A stretch of DNA of 63,950 nt, counting the filler, from Choristocarpus tenellus KU-1152 (Eukaryota; Protista; Phaeophyceae): the NCBI GenBank assembly GCA_964200185.2. It is 12 parts of 12 records of this genome, joined end to end, with 100 filler letters (N's around TTAATTAATTAA, not from the genome) between each part and the next. Parts side by side here need not be neighbours in the genome. Positions count along the whole stretch, not along the records: positions 12,787 to 15,593 come from CAXNAD020024584.1; positions 15,694 to 21,489 come from CAXNAD020009733.1; positions 21,590 to 25,572 come from CAXNAD020016806.1; positions 25,673 to 35,934 come from CAXNAD020003031.1; 8 more parts are not named here. One strand, given 5' to 3'. Numbering within the stretch: position 1 is the first letter of the stretch; each line of letters begins with the position of its first letter. The translations under genes and the position numbers were made by a program. Positions 13,301 through 25,845 of this stretch are shown here, in pieces. A model generated the notes under the pieces. It saw only the letters and a program-made list of their open reading frames with translations. It was not told the origin of the DNA and searched no databases.

Positions 13301-15593
13301 CTATTCGTCAGCCACTTCATCCTTCTCTGTATCATACCCTAACCCATCTTTTTCTTCCTCCTCGTCCTCCTCTGCGTTGCTGACATACTCCGGGTTGTCT
13401 TCCATGGCAGAATCACTACCTCCACTCCATACGTTGCGACCTTCCCCCTTTCCACCCGTGCTGGAAGAGGGATACTTGCGCTTTCTAGTGGTCATTGGCG
13501 TCAATTCTGAGTCCGAATCCACCACTTCGAACTCGCGAGAATGCACTACCCTAAAACCCGGGAGTGCGTTGAATGGTGATCTGGTGTCATTCTTTGCCCG
13601 GGGTTTGCACACCCTCTCGACCACGGGTGTGACGAACATCTGTCCGGGGCCAACCTGGGAGAAGGGGAGGAGGACCTGTTGACGGCTTCCGCTCTGCGGC
13701 ACTTTTGACATCAATTCGATGTTTGCGTCGTCTGTCTTCTCGGTCCAATGCATGTAGTACAGAGGGCAAGTGGCTGCCACGCGCAAGTAGAGCTCTGCGC
13801 CCGGCCCACACACCTCCATTCCAGGCGAAAGACAGCTCAAGCATGCGCTTGAGCTGTCTGTTGTTGGCCACATGAAGTAGACGAATGTACTGTTCTTCTT
13901 GGTCTTCAGGGGAGATCGAACTGAAGGCCTCTGATCGAGAGTTGCACACTTCGAGATCACCCCACGCAGGGAGGTCATTTGTGCCTACTTTGTAGTCTTT
14001 CCCTTCAAGCGGGAACAAGGCCGAGGACGAGCTTGCACGCGGCTGAATATTGTGGAAGACAAACACAGCGGCGGGGTTGCATGGGGTCGAGGGGAGTTGA
14101 GGGGGGGGGCAGAGTACGGCGATTCATGAATGTTCATGATTTGGAGGTAATATCGTTCGAAGAAGGTGGTACAAAATGGCAACCTTATTGTGGCAAAATG
14201 TCGAACACACTACTGATGCAATACTTACCTGTAAGGCCCATATTTTTGTACACGACGTATTTGGGTGCCGCATTAGGTAGGTTAGGACTCGGGAATTAAA
14301 AAAAATAGTATTATCTGCGTGCCGGTAACTAAACTCTGCCGTTCAATCTTCACAAAATACGTAAGTTAGCGCATTCTATACCACATTCACCTCGATCTGG
14401 TATCCGAAGTCCGTCGCCACCGTCTTCGCAACGAAAATGGTCGCCTCATCGCGTCCCATTACCTTTCTCTGAGGATGGACGGCCTCAGCAAAACATCGCT
14501 GCATCTCCGTTGGGACGAGGGTCTGCCCCAAGGCTTCCGGCAGGTAGGAAGGGCCTATCACGTGTTCTTGAGCGAGAGACGTGGATACTTGCAGCATCGT
14601 GTGCGTACATGTGATAGCCCAACAATGTGGCAGTGAAGTGGGTTAGCCATGCGATAAGGTTTTGTCACATATGTAGAGTGAAAGTATCTTAGAGGGTACG
14701 AATTTTGCCCTGTTTGTCCATTTGGGGCTTGGCTTCCCATAGTTTTTTTTATGACATTTTCCTACACTAAAATGTTTAGGAGCAGGTAAAGTGTATACGT
14801 TATGAAGGTGTGTCTGAAACATAGATATTGACACTTCCTAACAAAAAACACGATAGCCAAATTACATCAAAATTGCACCATTGGATTTTGACCCCAATGG
14901 GACGCGGATCTACCCTCTAAGATACTTTGGCTCTGTATGGGTTAGTCCGGCGTTGGTTAAAGATGTTGTGGTGTACTGCAGCACGTTTGTTTCTTGTTCG
15001 TGCGGGGAAGGAGGACATTATGACGTACCGACGATCACATCAAAGTCTTGGGGACTCGCGATTTCCAGCTGTGGTGTGGGTACCTGCGTGCACTCTGTTG
15101 GCAACGTATAAACATCTGCAAGGAAACATCACCAGTACAATTGCACGCCCGAGACCTATCCATAGGGAACGAAGACAGACAACAAGTTGGAAAGCAATGG
15201 AAAAAAAAAGCCAGCACATCCTTCTTACCTCCACTTGCCGTCCTTGTAGGCTTGGCCGAAGGACGTGTCCATCTTCTCTTTCACCTCGTCCTTTGACGCC
15301 GCGTTGGACACGAACACCTCCACCCTCCTGCTCCGTTCAAGGGCCGCCTCCACCACATTGTGCCTCTCTGCGCTGTAGGAGACGACGGTGTCCCAAGCAT
15401 TCGTGTACCTATCATAGGAGGGCAGTTCGTCAATTATCCCTATGGAGTATATTGTATTGCGCACGGATTCATCATGTCGCAATGTATGAGTAACGTTCCG
15501 ATACAGGGCAACACACTCTTGGTGCGTTTTGACGCTTAACGTACCGATTCGGGAAACAAACTCGTGGGATGGATTGACGCCCCTGAACCGTCA
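13301..15593 (-). pseudogene. Probable C-terminal exons of the Sola-like transposase (..15545, 15439-15229, 15115-~15029, 14554-14391, ~14050-13301)
   Basis: CpG-rich spliceable coding blocks; FRGVNPSHEF resembles the GIxxxHxF motif following the catalytic core; RKRK and an acidic tail; apparent frameshifts. Confidence 0.55.
14676..14933. mobile_element. MITE family A, complete (258 bp), 4-bp TSD TGTA
   Basis: TIRs GAGTGAAAGTATCTTAGAGGGTA / TACCCTCTAAGATACTTTGGCTC, flanked by TGTA on both sides. Confidence 0.92.
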
Positions 15594-15693
15594 NNNNNNN
15601 NNNNNNNNNNNNNNNNNNNNNNNNNNNNNNNNNNNNNTTAATTAATTAANNNNNNNNNNNNNNNNNNNNNNNNNNNNNNNNNNNNNNNNNNNN

Positions 15694-15794
15694 CTTCCTA
15701 ACAAACACGATAGCCAAAATCACATCAAAATCGCAACATTGGATGTTGGCCCCCAAATGGACACGGCCTTACCCTCTAAGATACTTTGGCTCAT
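15694..15794. mobile_element. MITE family A right end at contig edge
   Basis: Matches ~14834-14933 including TACCCTCTAAGATACTTTGGCTC. Confidence 0.88.
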
Positions 15795-15922
15795 ATCTCC
15801 GCCATCACACATGCAGGTTGCAACCCACAAACCAAAACTAAATACCATGCAGTTAGTTACTTGGTGGCCGGTATTCGGTGAGTATATGTTGAGTAAGTCG
15901 TGACAAGATGAAACTTTCTTAC

Positions 15923-18900
15923 CTGCCAATGCACGTGCTGGATGATGCAGCCCCCCGCGTGATCGAGGCTATTTTGGTACTTGTCAATAAGCCTTGTAAG
16001 GGCAAGGTGGGTGGCTGTGAAGACAAGGTTACAACCTGCGAGAACAATGATGTCTGTCGTTAGTTGGCAAATAGTACTCTGCTTACTTACGCATTGTTAA
16101 CATGGAGCTAAAAAGAGGGGTAATGGAATATGTTTTTTCGATGTAGAGCACATACACCCGACTGGCTGATATGCATGTTTGTCGTTTTCCCTCCTCCTTG
16201 ATTAGCTCTTACACTCCTCTCACCCTTCCAAAGCTGAGGCGTACGAGGGTAGGGGAGCACAAAGCGCATCATCAGTTAATCGACTGTTCACCAGTCCTGC
16301 GATATCTGTAGGCAAATCGTGCAAGGATGTACTCGTCCTCGAGTATCTAACCTGCAGTAGGTCCCCTCATCATGATGACGGTGAATCAAGTGGTGCGTGC
16401 GCAACCAGCATCTATTCGGTTGTGTGATTGTTGAGCCACAACCCACAATACGTACCTCCTCCAAGATTTTGAGGAGTGAAGAGCACCTCCGCGAACTGAC
16501 CTTCAACGTGTGCGGCCATGATCTTCTGGTGCTCGGAGTAGCCCCTGATAACAAGGACATGAACCAAAGAAACGTGTAAAGAAATGTGTTACGGTGCATC
16601 ATCGTCGTGATGAACGGAATAGGAAGTGGAATTATGTGCGTCTGTTTTGGCGGTTATTTCTTAGGACTTTGCCCTCATTCGTTGAATAAAACAGGGTGGT
16701 CTATTCTGTTCTGCGTGCGGCTGCAAACTTGTTGACAAATGGACTATGCATGTGTGTGGTTACCTGTCACCGCCGTGGGTAGGTGGGAAACGTACTGGGA
16801 GGGCGTGGGATGTCTGGTTCGCCGCGTCTACTTACATGAACACGAAGCCGAGAGGTTTGCCGTCGACTTTGGCCCGCGTGGCGCTGCTGGTGTTGTTGGC
16901 GATGACCAGCCGATCCGCTTGGATAATCTGGCGAATGGGAGAGAGCAACATCACGTCTGTAAATGAAATAAATTTGCTTAGAGGTGCAAAAAAATAGCCA
17001 CTTGTTAACACGTACCAGTTACGTGACAAAAATCGAGTGTAGGTAACAATAAATGTTTGTCTTTGCTCCTATTTTTTACTGCTGCATTCAAGGCAAAGAC
17101 AGTATTATCGGCACGGAGCAAGTACGTACGTACAGGGCCGGAAGACCGCAACATGACCTGTCCCTCCCACAGCCCGTTGTAGACGACCAGGAAGCAGTCT
17201 ACCACATAAGGTGTTTGGGCAGCAAATAACAACAGTTTTGCGCTGAGTGAGACTGCTGCTGCTGCCATAAGCACCTGCATCGGAGTCTTCATTCGCAAAA
17301 GGCAATAGATGTTGTTCCCAATGGAGGGCAATGGCGGCGACATGTTGCCCCTGTACGATTGTCACAAAATTAACGCTGGACACCTACCTTTCGATGGTCT
17401 GACAGCTCCTTGTAGATTGACTCGAGAACGGTGGAGTCGTTCGTGGGTTTTACACCAGGCGCACCGTGCCGCTTCTCTTTTAACGTGACACATATGTCAC
17501 ATTTCATAAATTCGCCTCCTACCCTCACCCTGATGTTGGGCCTGTCCTCTCTGAGCAATCAGAGGAAGTGCGCCTTGCTTACCTGCTTGGAAGTGTCGTC
17601 AGGATACACCCATATTGCCTCTTTGCAAAAATCCTTGTATAGCTCCTAATAAATAGTGTTGGTTGTATGGGCAAGTGAGGAATTATTGAGAAGGAAAACT
17701 CAAAGAACACCGCTGCATGATCTCTCGAAGGCAGGCTGACCAATATCTTAACTGACAACACGGAGGACAGGATCAAGCAAGCTTACATCGTGCATAATGA
17801 AAGAGCAAATACAATGATCTTCATAAATCTGCCAAGAGCATCATTCTGTTCGAGTCTCGCCGCCGTTTGCAGAAACAGTAAAGGAGGCGAATCTACCATC
17901 ATCATCTTCAACATTGCGATGTGCTTGAGACATACGAAGTACACACTTTTACTACCAAGGTCAGACTGGGCCCGGGGCCACAGAGTAGGTGTACACAGCG
18001 GTGAAATAACAGTTACTGTGCCTTCCTCCGTAAAAGCGACGAAGAGTATCATCATTGTAGTCTCGACAAAACAAAGAAAAAAAATAGTACTTCGTACGAA
18101 GCTTCACATATTTTTTTTTACCATAATCTCAGAACGGTCAAAGTAATAAACACCCACCACTCGAAATACTCCTTTGATCCACTTGTTCTACATACTGCTG
18201 GGTCACACGGTTTACAACTCCAACGCAGGGTGTGGCCTACCTCTCCACAACCAAGGGCAAAACCTACCTCTTTGTTCGCGGCATAGATCACAATCACGGT
18301 CTTGTGAGGCATGAACTGCCCGCCCAGTAGTCTATCCTGGACATCACCAGGTCTCGCTTCGAAGTCATGTCCTTCTCTATGTTCGCGCCGTTCCTGTTGT
18401 AGTAGCGCACGTTGTATATATGGATGGGAGTTGTGTTGGAGGTGGATATAAGGGACAGGGGATGGAATCGTAGAGGAATCGTATGCCAGCAGCAGATCTC
18501 CAATTCTGTAGGTATTTACACGTGGTAACTGCAGCAGCAGCGCAAGGACGGCCGGATGAGATGATATTGTTGAAGCATAAATAAACAAATCACACATGAA
18601 CGTACATATATATGTAACACATAACTCCACACTGGAGGGATCTCTAACTTTGTACATCAGGCATCTAGGCGTGGTAACTGCAAACTGAATGTGCGAGTTC
18701 GGTCGGATTATATTGTTCTGAGATAGGACTACTGTTCAATCATCAAGCAGACGTTGATATATACCAGGTACAAAAAACACTGCGTACATACATCAAACCC
18801 ACCTATCCACGCTGGGGGATGCTCTTGCGTTAGGTGTACCTTTGCAAGTGTCGATGACATGATTGGATATTCCAAATGATGCCTTGAAAAACTACATACA

Positions 18901-19278
18901 AACGGGAATGCCGGCCGAGAGCATAGATCCGCCTCCAGGCCCCAACTTAATGACAGGTACACGGTCACCAATGAAGTGCTTGCGATCGCCGCGGTTCTCA
19001 CACACCCGGATGATGTCCTGCTCTTTGGCCAACGTGCGGGCAAGGAAGGACTCGCTATCTGCCATGAACTTCTTCGCACAGGCTAAGCACTTGCAGCAGT
19101 CACCCTGTTTGTTGACCGTGATGGGTTGAGCCCATTCTCGGCGGAGCTTGGCGCCGGTCGCTGAAGCATCATTGGTAGAAAGCTCCAGCGCATCATTGTT
19201 GGCGGGCTGATTAGGGGGCAACACAGGGGGCGGCGCAGGCGACAAAAACCACCCCCTTCCTGTGGGAGCAACTGTCAT
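15923..19278 (-). pseudogene. Intron-containing Sola-like DDD/E transposase, N-terminal to catalytic exons (19278-18803, 18393-18268, 17645-17388, 16927-16764, 16544-16456, 16035-15923)
   Basis: Six exons splice GT-AG in consistent phase, giving ordered motifs VCM*FFKASFGIS, FMPH, F*LLREDRPNIRVR...FMKCDIC, HRK|IIQADR, M*VDAANQTSHALP, AHVEG, GG|GCNLVFT, HVHWQ; three in-frame stops and one frameshift. Confidence 0.72.
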
Positions 19279-19326
19279 GGTGTTTTCGGGTAACAGGCGG
19301 CCTTGGGCAGTGAGAAGGTCTAGGAG

Positions 19327-19870
19327 TGAATTGAATTCGAAGCTGGGTGTACAACGTTTGAGTTTGAAGAGACCCGTCGGACCAAAATAAAATCCGTGTT
19401 CTGGAAAACGTGTTTATTCTCGCTGCGATGAAATAAAAACTAGATTCTAATCTGGTCTCAGGCAACAGTCGGTCTTGGGCACGATAGAATTGAATTCGAA
19501 GTCGGGCGTATGAACGATATTTGAGCTTCGGGCGATCTGTCAGACCACCCTGAGATCCATGATCCGGAAAATACGTGCATTATGGTTTTTAGAAATCAAT
19601 AATTCGATTATATTCGTAATTTCAATTTTTTTTCATACAAAGCACACACTTAATTGATCTTGTACGTTTCCAATGTTCCGAAACCAAAAAGGTCAAAATA
19701 AACTGACACCCTCGAATTGTTTAGTACAAAATCTTACATTGTTCGACATTTGTATTTTACAAATGTCGACAAAAAGCGGTTTTTGAGTTTCGGGCGATCC
19801 GTCGGATCACCCGAAACCCTTGAACCGCAAAACACGTGCGTTAGGGTTTCTATGAAATAAAAATAATATT
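19327..19870. repeat. Three diverged ~90-120 bp direct repeats plus a 12-bp hairpin upstream of the transposase
   Basis: TTTGAG...GTC(G/A)GA...AAAA(C/T)ACGTG...GAAAT-like units at ~19327, ~19487, ~19780; TCGACATTTGTA-TTT-TACAAATGTCGA at 19743-19769. Confidence 0.75.
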
Positions 19871-21463
19871 ATATTCTTAATATCAACAAATACAAACCAC
19901 AGAACATTGTCGAACAACACTGTCTCTCTGCACATATCCTATCTATTTACATATGCCATGGTGGCTTTCATTGACCTCAGGAGCACTAACTACAGCAATA
20001 ATTAAGAGTGTATGCCAAAGACTGCAAAAGAAATTGGTGGCAAATGACAGTGCATACCCCGTGTTAAGCTGTCCTTGACGATCTGTTGTCCCACACAACC
20101 AGGTATATTATTGTTTATTAGCTTGTACCACAGTTGAGAAGAGAGTGAGGTACCATCACTCGGTGGGGCTCACTAATCCTTACATTAAATTACTCAGAAT
20201 ACCAAATGACTCAACTGTTCTCTAGCACACGTCAGAAACACTCCAACTCCAACATTCCGCCGATTGCTCCTGGTCAAATACCCTAACCCTAAATATCCCG
20301 AATGTCCCGCATTATCATCTATGCGTACATGAAATATTACTTCAAATCATATTCTCACCAATGGTCAAGCATAATCTTGACACCCCGTCCTTCACATGAA
20401 GTAGATAGACACAAAACAGATTAAGGCCTTCTCATTGTTAAGATAGGACAAGGTCTTCACAATGTCAATTTAAGCCAATATATCACCATGGGAGTCTGTG
20501 CATGCATTTGAATAGGGGTTTTCAATGATGAACAGAAACTACTGGACTGCCACCCCTGCTCCAGCACCTGGCATGGCTGTTACGTTGAGGAGGTTGTTGC
20601 AATGGGTAGACTTGTATGTTTCTTGTTTGTCTTCAATTGTATTATGTCCTTCAAGGTGATGTCATCCTTTAGGCAGCCAACGGATGGGTAATCCTCCAAG
20701 TAATCCTCAGAGGGAATTATCCCCAACAATCAACTCCTTGAGTTTTGCCATTGGTTTGTGTGCACCCCTCATATTAATCGATGCCGCAATTGCAGCAACA
20801 TTCCATGACGACCCCAGCTGTGCATCTAGGGTGTATGCTGCCCTTACCCCTCACCAAATAGGACCCCTACCCCCCCAGTCCCAGCTGCACCTGCACTATC
20901 TACCACCCAATCCCCGTGGTGTATACCTCCCCACCAGAAGCTATCCCTGCTGTCTGCTAGTGTAGTTGCAAAATGTTCTCATTAATTTCGGCACAAATTG
21001 AGGTGCTCGACTTGACAAGAACGTTTTTGTCTTTTCCAGTTTTTCTAGTCTCATAACCCTATTGAAGAATCACATGACTTCGGCAATTGAAAACAAAAAG
21101 TTGTTTCCGTCAGAATTTTCACAATCCCTTACGGTAGGGTTTCTCAGTCATTCCCTCAACTTTGTCCTGCCAGTGGAACTCTTACTTTTCACCCTTGACC
21201 TCTCCATAGACCAGGGACATAGAAGAGTTCATCACAATCCGTGTCTGTGACCTCACTCGGTGCACCAGACGAAGTCTCACTCTTCCTTGGTTCCTTGGAC
21301 ATCCTGTCCGAGAAAGTTCCATGTCACCCAGGTCAAACGGTCCATAGAAAACAAAGGCAAGCAAACTGATCGAAAACCAGTTGTCAAGTGCTGTTTGCCC
21401 CTCCACACCTCCACAGTTGTTCTGTTAGCAATGCTCTGTTCCCCCTTCCAGAACATGGCATGG

Positions 21464-21489
21464 GAGTCAAAATATCTTAGAGGGTAGTG
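21464..21489. mobile_element. MITE family A terminus at contig edge
   Basis: GAGTCAAAATATCTTAGAGGGTA. Confidence 0.75.
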
Positions 21490-21589
21490 NNNNNNNNNNN
21501 NNNNNNNNNNNNNNNNNNNNNNNNNNNNNNNNNTTAATTAATTAANNNNNNNNNNNNNNNNNNNNNNNNNNNNNNNNNNNNNNNNNNNN

Positions 21590-22587
21590 CTGCAGATCGT
21601 GCTGCTCCAAGGCTGCCGAAGATGCTCCCCCCTCCCCCGTCTCCACCCTTAACTCCCACCCCTCCCCTGGCAGATACGCCTCCCTTGGTGCCAACCCCTT
21701 CACCGATGCCACTGGCACTCGTCTCCTCCTGTTGAAAAGAAAAAATAATATGAGTCAAGGTAAAAAGATATATACACACACACACACATATATATATATA
21801 TATGTACGTATGTGTTGTATACATACTACATAGCATCAATATGGCAAACTGAATTAAATACTAGACTTTAAAGCACAACAATATTTTTTTTAAGTATCAT
21901 AAAATAGTATCCCACATGGTTGGGGCTACGCATCAACCAAATCCTTCCCAAGGACATGAAAAGTCTCTGTACTGCTTACCATCCGGCAAGTTGAAATCCT
22001 TGAGGGAAAAAAAGAAGAAACGACTTCAGAATCGGAAGAAAACGCCATAGCATTTATCGGAACTCTTGAACTTGTGCCACATGTCAAAAAAGAACAATAC
22101 ATGGCAGTGACCATCACTACAACCACACCTCCTTTACAATTCACATCCTGGTCATTTCCAGTCCACAATACATTTTGCTCTTTTTACAGACACAAGGATC
22201 AAAATTGACATATTTCCTCCATTTTTTTCCCCTCCCTGACAAAAAAGGTACTCCTTTCAACATTGTCCCCCCTTGGAAAAAACATTCCTCTCCCCATGGT
22301 CTCAAGCATGCCATCACACAGAATGAAAATACCAAGTAATGGTACATGTCATACCTTATCAAAGAGGGTGCTCATGATGCTCCTTGTCTTGGCCCTCCTC
22401 TCCTCATCGTCCTTCCTCTTCTGCTCTGCACGAAGGCGGCGTTGCTCCGCCTCAAAAGCCTTACAATAGCAAGGAAAACCAAATGTCGGGAAAGGGTGGA
22501 TAGAAGTCGAAAAGCCATCGTGGGTGTGGTGATAACAACATAACCCTTCAATCATGGTACTAAACAGAATCATTGTATGCCTAGGAC

Positions 22588-22618
<31 letters not shown>

Positions 22619-25422
22619 ATTGAGTGAGGTGAGATAATCTCTTAGCAACAGTACCACATTGTGAAGTGGAGTAAACTGATTGCCTAGCAGGAGCTGGTGA
22701 TGACAAATTGAAAGGTCCCCTTGTTCCAAGTGCAATAAGTTGGTACAGATAAGCTCCCTACATTGCCGCTCCACTACACTACTGATTGACAAAAGCAATG
22801 GAAGCACAATAATAAAAACTCAACTTATGCATCTCATAAAAAACTTCACACTAATAAAAAATACAAAGTGTACAATCCATATAATAATAATAAATATATA
22901 TATGCAACAAAAGAAGAAATCTTCATCAATACTAGGAGAGAGAGAGAGAGAGAAGTGCACCTGTGTCTACTAATAGAAGCGAAACTATTGACATTTGTAA
23001 CTGTCATTTGTAACTGTCATCGAAACAAGAAAAAAAAGGATACATTAAGTGCGAGGCGAAGTCATTCAACGAAAGTATTCACCTTTTTTTTTCCTTTGAC
23101 AATTTTTCTGAGGAGTGAAGTGCGCAGGCGTGTTCGTGCAACAGAACGCTCGATAAAGAGCCAGTGCAATACCTTAACACTCAAAACACTTTACTACAAA
23201 GCCAAGGAGGGTGATTTTATACGGGGTGCACTACAATAATATACTAATAACAGAGTGCAGAAAAAACAAAAACACTAAAAATAATAATAAAGGTAAATAA
23301 AAATATGTACATTAAACCAAAGGTGAAAGGAATTGATAAAATAAAGTCCACAGCGAGGCAATATTTTTTTTAATGGAGACATTTTTTTTACATCAAAGAC
23401 ATAAAAATCCAGAAATACATTCAACAACAAACACCCTCACAAAATGAACAAGATCCACTCAATTCAAAAGTAACTACAAACATACTAGTACACAAATATA
23501 ATAATAATAACAACAGTAACAATAATAATAACACATGAGCAAAATACATCAAAAAATTATATGTGTACTCAAACAGATGTACACTACCAGGAATAACAAA
23601 ATAATAAATTAATAAATCAACACCATTGCCTCACAGCAACATATTTTACATTTGATACCTACATTATTATTTACATTATTATTTATACCTGTCTTTTCAT
23701 ACCGACATTATTATTTATATTATTATTTGTACCTGTCTTTCATACCCACATTATTATTTATATTATTTTTATTTACCTGTCTTTCCTCCTCTTCTCTCTG
23801 GCGGCATTTGGCCTCTTCCCACTCCCTCTTCAGCCTGTCAGTTTTTTTTTACATTAAAAAAGAGTGAATTTCATAAATAGTAATAATAACATATAAAAAT
23901 GGCACTAGGATTTTCTCCACTGGCATCTATAATAATAATAACAGCAATAATAATAGTAAGAATGATAATATTATACAAGACCATATCTACTTCACAGTGC
24001 TCACAACTGCAATCCTGAGCTCATTTGAAAATGCATGCTAGTGTGTAAATAGATGCATACTATTTATAGGTGTTAAGGATAGGGATGAAGCCATATCACT
24101 AGTAATATCTTAACAGTCTCCACAAATGCAGTAAGGTCATTGATGTGCACATGGACTGGGTTATTGGAATTCAAGTTAGGCCAAACCCTAACCCAAACCT
24201 AACCCAGTCCAGTACTGTACAGCATACTTGTACTCAAGGTTGCTACTCAGGGTTCTAGTTAGGACCAGAGGTCCAAGGCAAGCATAGTACAGTACAGTGT
24301 GACATGCACAGTTGTTAGGCAATATAGGTTAGGGTTATGGAAAATGATCGTAGATATTGCTTCAATGCAAATACACAATACACCCCTAGATAACTTTACT
24401 TTACTTTACTTTGGGGTGGACGAAAAGATGGGGATGGTGATAGTGACAAGTGTCTTGACACTCTATTGATTTGATGTGCTAGGAGTGGGGATATTATAGG
24501 ATTAGGGTTGGTGCTAGTGACAAGTGCCTTGACACTCTATTGATTTGATGTGCTAGGAGTGGGGATATTATAGGATTAGGGTTGGTGATAGTGACAAGTG
24601 CCTTGACACTCTATTGATTTGATGACCTAGGAGTGGGGATATTATAGGATTAGGGTTGGGTTCAATGAATCAACTCCTATCAATAATACACAATACTATC
24701 AGTACTCTGTGGAGTTGAATTCAGTCAGGGCTAGTGTTAGGGTTAGAGCATAATTCAGAGATGCAGTTGACCTTCTCAACAAAGGCCAGCAGATTCCTCT
24801 AGATTAATACTAGATTGATACTAGATTTATACTAGATTTATACTAGATTTATACTAGATTGATACTAGATTGATATTAGATTGATACTAGATTGATACTA
24901 GATTGATACTAGATTGATGATCAATACCGTTATACAAGCATGCACTGCTGCTCCACCTGGAGGGAGAAAACTTGCAAAGTGACAAGCTCACGAATACTCT
25001 ACTACTACCCCCTTACCTCCTTTACTATTTCTAACCCTAACCCTAAGTACGTCAACGTGGGTTGTCCTCTTGGGGACAAGGACCATTCCCACCACCTTCT
25101 TTACTTTGGATTTCCTCCACCATCTTAGAACATAACTGTATCCTTTGACAACATAACCATACAAAAAGAATCTTTTTTTTAAATAGTGTAGGAACATTTC
25201 ATCTCCAAATATATTTATTTATATATATAAAGGTGTACTCTTCAACACTAATAAGAAGCCTCTCATGTTGAGGGTTAGGGTTTGCTCTTACCATTATTAT
25301 TTATTATATAATATATATATAAAATATATCATATTTACCTTTCCTCCTCCTCCTTGCGCTGGCGTTCTTCTTCTCTCTGCCTCTCCACCCTCTCTGCCTT
25401 CATTCTCTCTTCCTCTGCCGCC
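21590..25422 (-). CDS. E/R/K-rich coiled-coil protein, four internal exons (25422-25339, 23834-23777, 22459-22355, 21728-21590)
   Basis: In-phase splicing gives AAEEERMKAERVERQREEERQRKEEEER|LKREWEEAKCRQREEEERQ|AFEAEQRRLRAEQKRKDDEERRAKTRSIMSTLFDK|EETSASG... Confidence 0.85.
24437..24658. repeat. 74-bp tandem repeat x3, intronic
   Basis: Units start at 24437, 24511 and 24585. Confidence 0.95.
24799..24918. repeat. 11-bp minisatellite (TAGATTGATAC)n
   Basis: About 11 copies seen directly. Confidence 0.95.
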
Positions 25423-25845
25423 CTGTCAAATGGCAATCAAAATGACAATCAAAGGAAAATCAAATGACAAACACAACCAAGTGGTAACTACAACAGGGGG
25501 GAGGGGGAGAGGAGGGGGGAAGGTAGACCGGGGGGGAGGGGGGGGGAAAGACAGACACAGCGAGAAACACAANNNNNNNNNNNNNNNNNNNNNNNNNNNN
25601 NNNNNNNNNNNNNNNNTTAATTAATTAANNNNNNNNNNNNNNNNNNNNNNNNNNNNNNNNNNNNNNNNNNNNAATGACTACAACAGAACCTATTGATTGA
25701 TGTGTTACAAAGCCCCACCTCCCTCCCCCCCCATACTCACCCACCCCAACCCCCTCTCCAAACCCTCCCAACCTGTTCTCACAAGTCCCAAGTTCATCAC
25801 CTACCTTTCATGCATTTTTCAATCCACCCCCTCCTATCCACTCAC

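Noticed and set aside
17105-17383. DSDAGAYG as transposase catalytic motif
   Set aside because: Lies in the inferred intron; the in-phase exon 16927-16764 supplies a better motif
20400-21460. Possible retroelement gag remnant
   Set aside because: Frames too broken to support a call
24437-24918. CRISPR-like appearance of tandem repeats
   Set aside because: No unique spacers, intronic eukaryotic context and no cas genes
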